The notes beneath the pieces are model-generated. The model saw only the letters and a list, made by a program, of their open reading frames with translations, was not told the DNA's origin and did no database searches. Positions 58,737 through 64,000 of a stretch of DNA of 64,000 nucleotides are shown here, piece after piece. Origin of the DNA: Candidatus Zixiibacteriota bacterium (lineage in GTDB: Bacteria > Zixibacteria > MSB-5A5 > UBA10806 > 4484-95); contig JBBIRK010000001.1 of assembly GCA_037441845.1 (NCBI GenBank), positions 96,001-160,000 on the forward strand, written 5' to 3'. The first letter of the stretch is position 1. Every line of letters starts with the position of its first letter. The translations under genes were made by a program, and so were the position numbers.

Positions 58737-58989
58737 CAAAATCCACTTATTGATGACTCCGATCTTCGAACCGAATTCCGTCGGCAAACAATAATAGAAT
58801 AATTTTCAGCCCGCCGGGATCTTTTTTCCTTAAATAAGATCAAGCCGCTTTATTCAATCTCAACCCGAAAATTCGGTAATTCTTTTGCCTGCTTATAATT
58901 AGATCGATATCGGATTATCGTTTTCAGGCGGCACACTCTTTGCGTTGTTTGATAACGGAAAAAAATACATTCGATCACAGCGAGGGTGT

Positions 58990-61320
58990 ATGTCAAATAG
59001 ATCAATTATCTTAATCGCCATTGCGTTCTGGGCGGCGTACAGTCAGGGGCAGAATCTGCCGCAAGGAATCTCTCAAACCCAACTCGAACTTATAGGCAAA
59101 AGACTTCAATCCCGTGGCGTGGTTGCCGATACCGGAGTCGAAAAATATTACTCCCCTGCGGTCTTCGAATCCGAGCTTGCGGACGATTCATTGACCATCT
59201 CGAATCTCGGCCAAAATTTTACAACCGTAGAGAATAGGACTTCGGCCGCTGATTCAGTTCTTAAACCTTACGGAATGGAAATTTTTTCCTCACAATCGCG
59301 TTTTTTCGAGCAATCATCGCCGGCCATGCCGCCTGCCGATTATCGGGTCGGTCCCGGTGACAATATCTTGGTGCGCACCTGGGGGCGAGTCGAACTCGAT
59401 CTGAACCTTGAGGTCGATCGTGAAGGATCGATTTTCATTCCCAAAATCGGTGACCTGACGGTTCAGGGTGCGACACTTTCGGAAATCGAAAAAATTCTGA
59501 AAAGCAATCTCGATAAAATCTATTCCGATTTTCGACTTTCGGTGACTTTCGGCAAGCTGCGGCAGATAAGAGTTTTTGTTTTCGGCGAGGTGAAACACCC
59601 GGGCGGATATTCGGTCAGTCCTCTGGCAACGGTCCTTCAGGCGCTTTATATAGCCGGCGGCCTCACTGAAAACGCCTCGATGAGGTCGGTGCAGCTGGTG
59701 CGGAATTCCAAACCATATTCGACTTATGACCTTTACGATTTGCTTATGAAAGGGGACAACTCCAAGGACCTCAATCTTCGTTCGGGAGATGTCGTCTATG
59801 TGCCGGTAACCGGCCCGCGTATCAGCATAACCGGAGAAATTCGGCGGCCGGCGATATATGAATTAACCCCGAGCGAGGGACTGAAGGAAGCCCTTCAATT
59901 CGCCGGCGGCGTTTTACCGACCGCATATCTGCAATCGGTCGCCATCGACCGCGTCGGAGAAACCGACAATCGATTTCTTTATAATATAAATATCTCCAAT
60001 ATCGATTCCCTTTCGCCGGAAGAGTTGAAACTTCGAGACGGTGATCGGCTTAGAGTGCCGTCGATATACGAATTTCATGCCAACATGGTGCAACTTGCCG
60101 GACACGTTACGCACCCCGGCCCATTCGGCATGAAAGACTCAATGTATATCATAGATCTCATCGCCGGCGGCGGACAGCTTAAGGCCGATGCTTACCTTGA
60201 AAGCGCCAAGCTTTTTAGGATGGAAAACGACGGCCGACGTTCGGTCTTGCCGATCAATCTCAAGAAGATCCTGACCGGCGATAGAAGTTCCGATATTTTA
60301 CTCAGGGAACAAGACAGCCTTCACATATTTTCGTATGCCGAGGTGACCCGGGACAATTTCGTATATATTGAGGGCGAGGTGGCTAAGCCGGGGAAGTATC
60401 CTCTCTATCACAACATGAAACTTTCAGATCTTATCTTCCTGGCCGGCAACCTGACCAAAGCATCCTACTTACTCGAGGCCGAAATCGCTAGATTCAACGG
60501 GAATAAATCGACCGATATTTACCGGGTCGACTTGACCGAGATTCTCGGACAAGATTCCGCCGACTGCGACTTTGTATTGCACGATGAAGACCATGTGTTT
60601 ATCAGGCAACTGCCCGATTGGAAGCCGATCGAGATAGTGATTATAGAAGGAGAAGTCAGGTTCCCCGGCAAATACGCTTTATCCAGAAGAAACGAACGGC
60701 TTTCGGAGATAATCGCGCGGGCAGGAGGATTGACCGCCGATGCTTTTCCCGAAGGTTCGATTCTGCTGCGTCGTTCCATATCAAAGGATATTTCACGCCG
60801 AAACATAACGAATATTATTCACAATACCACCGAAACCTTCCTGGATTCGACCGGCAGGCAGATCGAAAAATTGCAGGTCGGGTTCGATCCCAACCAGTTG
60901 AATCGAGTGGTAATCGATCTGCCGAAAATTTTACAATCGCCTCTCGGACCCGAGGATATAGCGATGGCTGACTCGGATTACTTGTATGTCCCCGGAACTC
61001 CACCGGGTGTTCAGGTTATCGGAGCTGCCGCCTCCAACGGCACCATATCCTATCAAAAAAACAAAGATCTCAAATACTATATCGAACAGGCCGGTGGATT
61101 CGCCCCCGATGCCGACAGAGGTCAGGTGAGATTAGTCAAGCCGAACGGCAAGGTGCTCTACGGTCGGCAGGCTTTTTCCAAAAAGGTGGCTCTCGGCGAT
61201 GTCATAATCGTGCCCGCGAAAATCAAGCGAAAATCCGATGTGGGCAAGGCGCTGGCGACCGCGGCCACAATCGTGGGTTCGATGGCCACGACCGTTTTTA
61301 TAGTCAATCAACTCAGGTAG
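58990..61320 (+). CDS. Polysaccharide export protein with multiple SLBB domains (Wza/KpsD-like)
   Basis: YRVGPGD, VDREGSIFIPKIG, repeated GEV..PG.Y and AGG. Confidence 0.9.
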   Translation: MSNRSIILIAIAFWAAYSQGQNLPQGISQTQLELIGKRLQSRGVVADTGVEKYYSPAVFESELADDSLTISNLGQNFTTVENRTSAADSVLKPYGMEIFSSQSRFFEQSSPAMPPADYRVGPGDNILVRTWGRVELDLNLEVDREGSIFIPKIGDLTVQGATLSEIEKILKSNLDKIYSDFRLSVTFGKLRQIRVFVFGEVKHPGGYSVSPLATVLQALYIAGGLTENASMRSVQLVRNSKPYSTYDLYDLLMKGDNSKDLNLRSGDVVYVPVTGPRISITGEIRRPAIYELTPSEGLKEALQFAGGVLPTAYLQSVAIDRVGETDNRFLYNINISNIDSLSPEELKLRDGDRLRVPSIYEFHANMVQLAGHVTHPGPFGMKDSMYIIDLIAGGGQLKADAYLESAKLFRMENDGRRSVLPINLKKILTGDRSSDILLREQDSLHIFSYAEVTRDNFVYIEGEVAKPGKYPLYHNMKLSDLIFLAGNLTKASYLLEAEIARFNGNKSTDIYRVDLTEILGQDSADCDFVLHDEDHVFIRQLPDWKPIEIVIIEGEVRFPGKYALSRRNERLSEIIARAGGLTADAFPEGSILLRRSISKDISRRNITNIIHNTTETFLDSTGRQIEKLQVGFDPNQLNRVVIDLPKILQSPLGPEDIAMADSDYLYVPGTPPGVQVIGAAASNGTISYQKNKDLKYYIEQAGGFAPDADRGQVRLVKPNGKVLYGRQAFSKKVALGDVIIVPAKIKRKSDVGKALATAATIVGSMATTVFIVNQLR

Positions 61321-61408
61321 CCCGAGATAGCTATTGCCGGTCAAACTTTCGAAAATGCCAAGAATACCGATGAAAATATCATCAGCAGTGGCAGCAAGTG
61401 AGGTAACA

Positions 61409-62536
61409 ATGAATATGCAACCGGTCAGAATCGCTCCCCATGTTCTCGATATTCCCGATCCGAACACTGCATCGCTCGATCGTTTTAACTCTATATGCGG
61501 GAAGTCGGAAGTGGAAACCAACATAGGCAAGTCAGAAGAGCCGCTATCGGCCCGTATCGGCGATGCCGTTATGAGACTCGTATCATCGAATATGATTTTT
61601 TCACCTCCGGATCGGCTGGCCACGCGACTGAGAAAGCAGCTTTCAATCTACGACGATATCGGCCACGAGTTTATCAGATGTTATTCAGGAAACGCCGCCG
61701 CTTTGACGGCGATCTTTCAAACCTATCTCGGCCGCGACATTGAAGCGGTGATTATCGCTCATGCCGAGGACACCGTTATGAGAACAGCTATGGCGACGGG
61801 CGCAAATATCCGTTATACCGAGCACGAAAATCCGTTCGAACCGCGGGTCGATGAAATCATCCGATCGATGTCGCCCAAAACAAGGATCGTCTTTATGGCA
61901 AATCCGACCTGGCCAACCGGGGCGATCTGGAGCGCGGCGGAACTGATTTTTCTGCTTTCTTACGGTCAGAACACCATGTTCGTCGTCGATGAATCCTATT
62001 TCGAATTCAGCGGAGTCACCATGTTGCCTTTGGTTGACAAATTTCCGAATTTGGCAGTTATAAGATCGCTTTCACCTGCTATCGGATTGGCGGGCGCCGA
62101 TTTGTCCTATGTCATTTCCGATTGCATCAACTGGCAATATATCGATAGAATCGGGATCGGGTTTTATCCTAACTCTTTCGCTCAGGCGGCCTTTGAAGCC
62201 GTTTTGAACGACTTGCATTTCGTGAAAAGACGGATCGAATCGATCAGGCTCGCAAACAAGCTGCTGGCGGACAAGCTAACCACCGCCGGTTATAAAGTAA
62301 TCGAGACTCCTTGCGATTATTTACTTGTGGAAATCGACAGCCTCGATGCATTACGCCATGAACTGCCTGCTGATTCGTTCCGTTACCGCAAGCTGGATGA
62401 GATCGAGGGGTTGGAACGGTATCTGATCGTCCAATCGACATGTGAAATCGAAACTGCAGCGATACCAATTGTGATCGATTCCAAGCGCACTTATAACCTA
62501 CTGACCACCGAGCGATTGTCGCGATCCAATCTTTAA
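61409..62536 (+). CDS. HisC/CobD-like class I/II aminotransferase homolog lacking the catalytic Lys
   Basis: NPTWPTG, VDESYFEF, RSLSPAIGLAG; GAGGT SD before ATG 61409. Confidence 0.65.
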   Translation: MNMQPVRIAPHVLDIPDPNTASLDRFNSICGKSEVETNIGKSEEPLSARIGDAVMRLVSSNMIFSPPDRLATRLRKQLSIYDDIGHEFIRCYSGNAAALTAIFQTYLGRDIEAVIIAHAEDTVMRTAMATGANIRYTEHENPFEPRVDEIIRSMSPKTRIVFMANPTWPTGAIWSAAELIFLLSYGQNTMFVVDESYFEFSGVTMLPLVDKFPNLAVIRSLSPAIGLAGADLSYVISDCINWQYIDRIGIGFYPNSFAQAAFEAVLNDLHFVKRRIESIRLANKLLADKLTTAGYKVIETPCDYLLVEIDSLDALRHELPADSFRYRKLDEIEGLERYLIVQSTCEIETAAIPIVIDSKRTYNLLTTERLSRSNL

Positions 62537-62856
62537 GAAGCGGCTGACGTAACTAAAATCGAGATAGAAAAATCCGGAACGATACAATAATCCCGAGCGA
62601 TTGGTATTAGTTTCCGGCTTTCGGCCATTATTTCAAACCGGCGTCAATGCTGTGCGCCGTATCCCCAACTGTCAGTATCGTTTTGCATGCGCTGGCAATA
62701 AGACCCATTTCACGAACGCGGTGATACTGGGATCAATCCCTACGCGCCCGCGATTCTGTTTCGCTCTTTGTCCTCAAATGTTTCAATTGTAAACATTAGC
62801 CGGTACATGCCGAATATTATATTAGTCCGAATAATCAAAACCCGGGGCGACTTTTG

Positions 62857-64000
62857 ATGATTGGGAATCAGATGAACCAGCTTCGCCGCCTATTGCTGAT
62901 TGTGGATTTGGCTATTGTGGCGGCAGGCACAGGCATCGCCTTTGGAACATACCCCTTCGGCGATTATAACGACCCCAATCGCATCACTTATAGCAACATC
63001 GTTCTAGTATCCGTCATATGCTGGGGATTGGCGCTCTGGAACCAAAAAGCCTGCTATTCGTTCAGATTCAGATCGCCAAAAGATATGATCCGACCTATCA
63101 TAACTGCCTCGTCCATAAGCATCGCGGGATTGTTCGCCTATCTTTATTATTTGGATTTGCCTATAGAAGGCCGCTTACGCTTGTTTGCGTTTCTGGCGCT
63201 CATCGTCATATCAATAATTTTAATCAGATTCGCGATTCACTCTCTGCTCGGGTATTACCGGGGTCGAAGCAAAAATATCCACCGCGTATTGATAGTAGGT
63301 GATGGTAAACGGGCGCGGTCGGCATCCGATATGATAAAGGCCAATCCCCAATGGGGGGCAAAGATAATTGGTTTCATCGATGCCGATCACGTCGCCGATT
63401 TCAAACTTTGGCCGCTCAGGAGAATCAACGACATCCCGGTTATCGGGAATCTCGATATATTGCCCCACTATATCAAGCCCAGGCGAATCGATTGGATAAT
63501 ATTCGCAGCCGAAAACAACAATAGCGAGCATGTGCAAAAGGCGATCGACGAGTGCCATCTGATGGGAATAAAGACCATCCAGATCGCGGATAAGCCGGTG
63601 CGTCCGGCAATCAGGAAAACGATCGTGGAAATCGACAATCAGATGATGATCATCTCCGACCCGCAGCCGGCCGCTTCCCTTTCGCTTTCACTGAAGAATC
63701 TCTTGGATAAATGCCTGGCTGTTTGCGGATTGATAGTGACTCTTCCGCTTATGGCGGTGATCGCTCTTTTGATAAAAATCAGCTCTCCCGGACCGATTCT
63801 GTTCAAACAGAAACGATTGGGGCTGCATGGCAGGACGTTCGTGCTTTACAAATTCAGAACCATGGTTCGCGGTGCCGATAAACTCAAGAAAGCCCTGCTG
63901 TCTAAAAACGAAATGGACGGACCCGTGTTCAAAATCAAGAACGATCCGAGGGTAACCGCTCTGGGCAGATTTCTCAGGAAATCATCGCTTGATGAGCTGC
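62857..64000 (+). CDS. Undecaprenyl-phosphate sugar phosphotransferase (WcaJ/WbaP-like), truncated by the window end
   Basis: Not in the ORF track; start and end are in the same frame; N-terminal TMs, SPGPILFKQKRLG, YKFRTM, DPRVT.LGRFLRKSSLDEL. Confidence 0.92.
   Translation, partial: MIGNQMNQLRRLLLIVDLAIVAAGTGIAFGTYPFGDYNDPNRITYSNIVLVSVICWGLALWNQKACYSFRFRSPKDMIRPIITASSISIAGLFAYLYYLDLPIEGRLRLFAFLALIVISIILIRFAIHSLLGYYRGRSKNIHRVLIVGDGKRARSASDMIKANPQWGAKIIGFIDADHVADFKLWPLRRINDIPVIGNLDILPHYIKPRRIDWIIFAAENNNSEHVQKAIDECHLMGIKTIQIADKPVRPAIRKTIVEIDNQMMIISDPQPAASLSLSLKNLLDKCLAVCGLIVTLPLMAVIALLIKISSPGPILFKQKRLGLHGRTFVLYKFRTMVRGADKLKKALLSKNEMDGPVFKIKNDPRVTALGRFLRKSSLDEL

Noticed and set aside
58921..58940. 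ops/JUMPstart element before the polysaccharide export gene
   Set aside because: CAGGCGGCAC deviates from GGCGGTAG and lacks the surrounding consensus

Overview
A gene-dense chromosomal segment from a diderm, LPS-making bacterium. It is probably a non-Bacteroidetes member of the FCB superphylum (Zixibacteria-like); this is inferred from T9SS genes occurring with GGAGG Shine-Dalgarno sites and TTGACA-type promoters. The first 26 kb is one minus-strand run: PorU-like C25 sortase, a PorV-family protein with a ~530-aa beta-propeller/LysM insertion, an M6 protease with a T9SS CTD, two paralogous DUF5683-like proteins, an NHL protein, a 1104-aa SprA-like barrel, BamA/TamA, a DGGGP-synthase-like UbiA enzyme, then MoxR-DUF58-batABCD. 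Next come a class II aldolase, DUF554, a small ORF missed by the track, and an lpxA-(gnnA-like)-lpxB-waaA-lpxK-nadB-guaA operon. These are followed by a beta-helix protein, a GldA/GldFG/DUF4340 ABC module, Wzi, a GT39 enzyme, a Met/Cys lyase with a structured leader and a GT87-like pseudogene. The right part holds recR-ybaB-dnaX, a large Alu-type SRP RNA, tRNA-Ala(CGC), an archaeal-type gatE, nfo, two envelope proteins and the start of an exopolysaccharide locus. No CRISPR, IS or prophage was seen. All family calls come from recognising motifs by eye, not from database searches.
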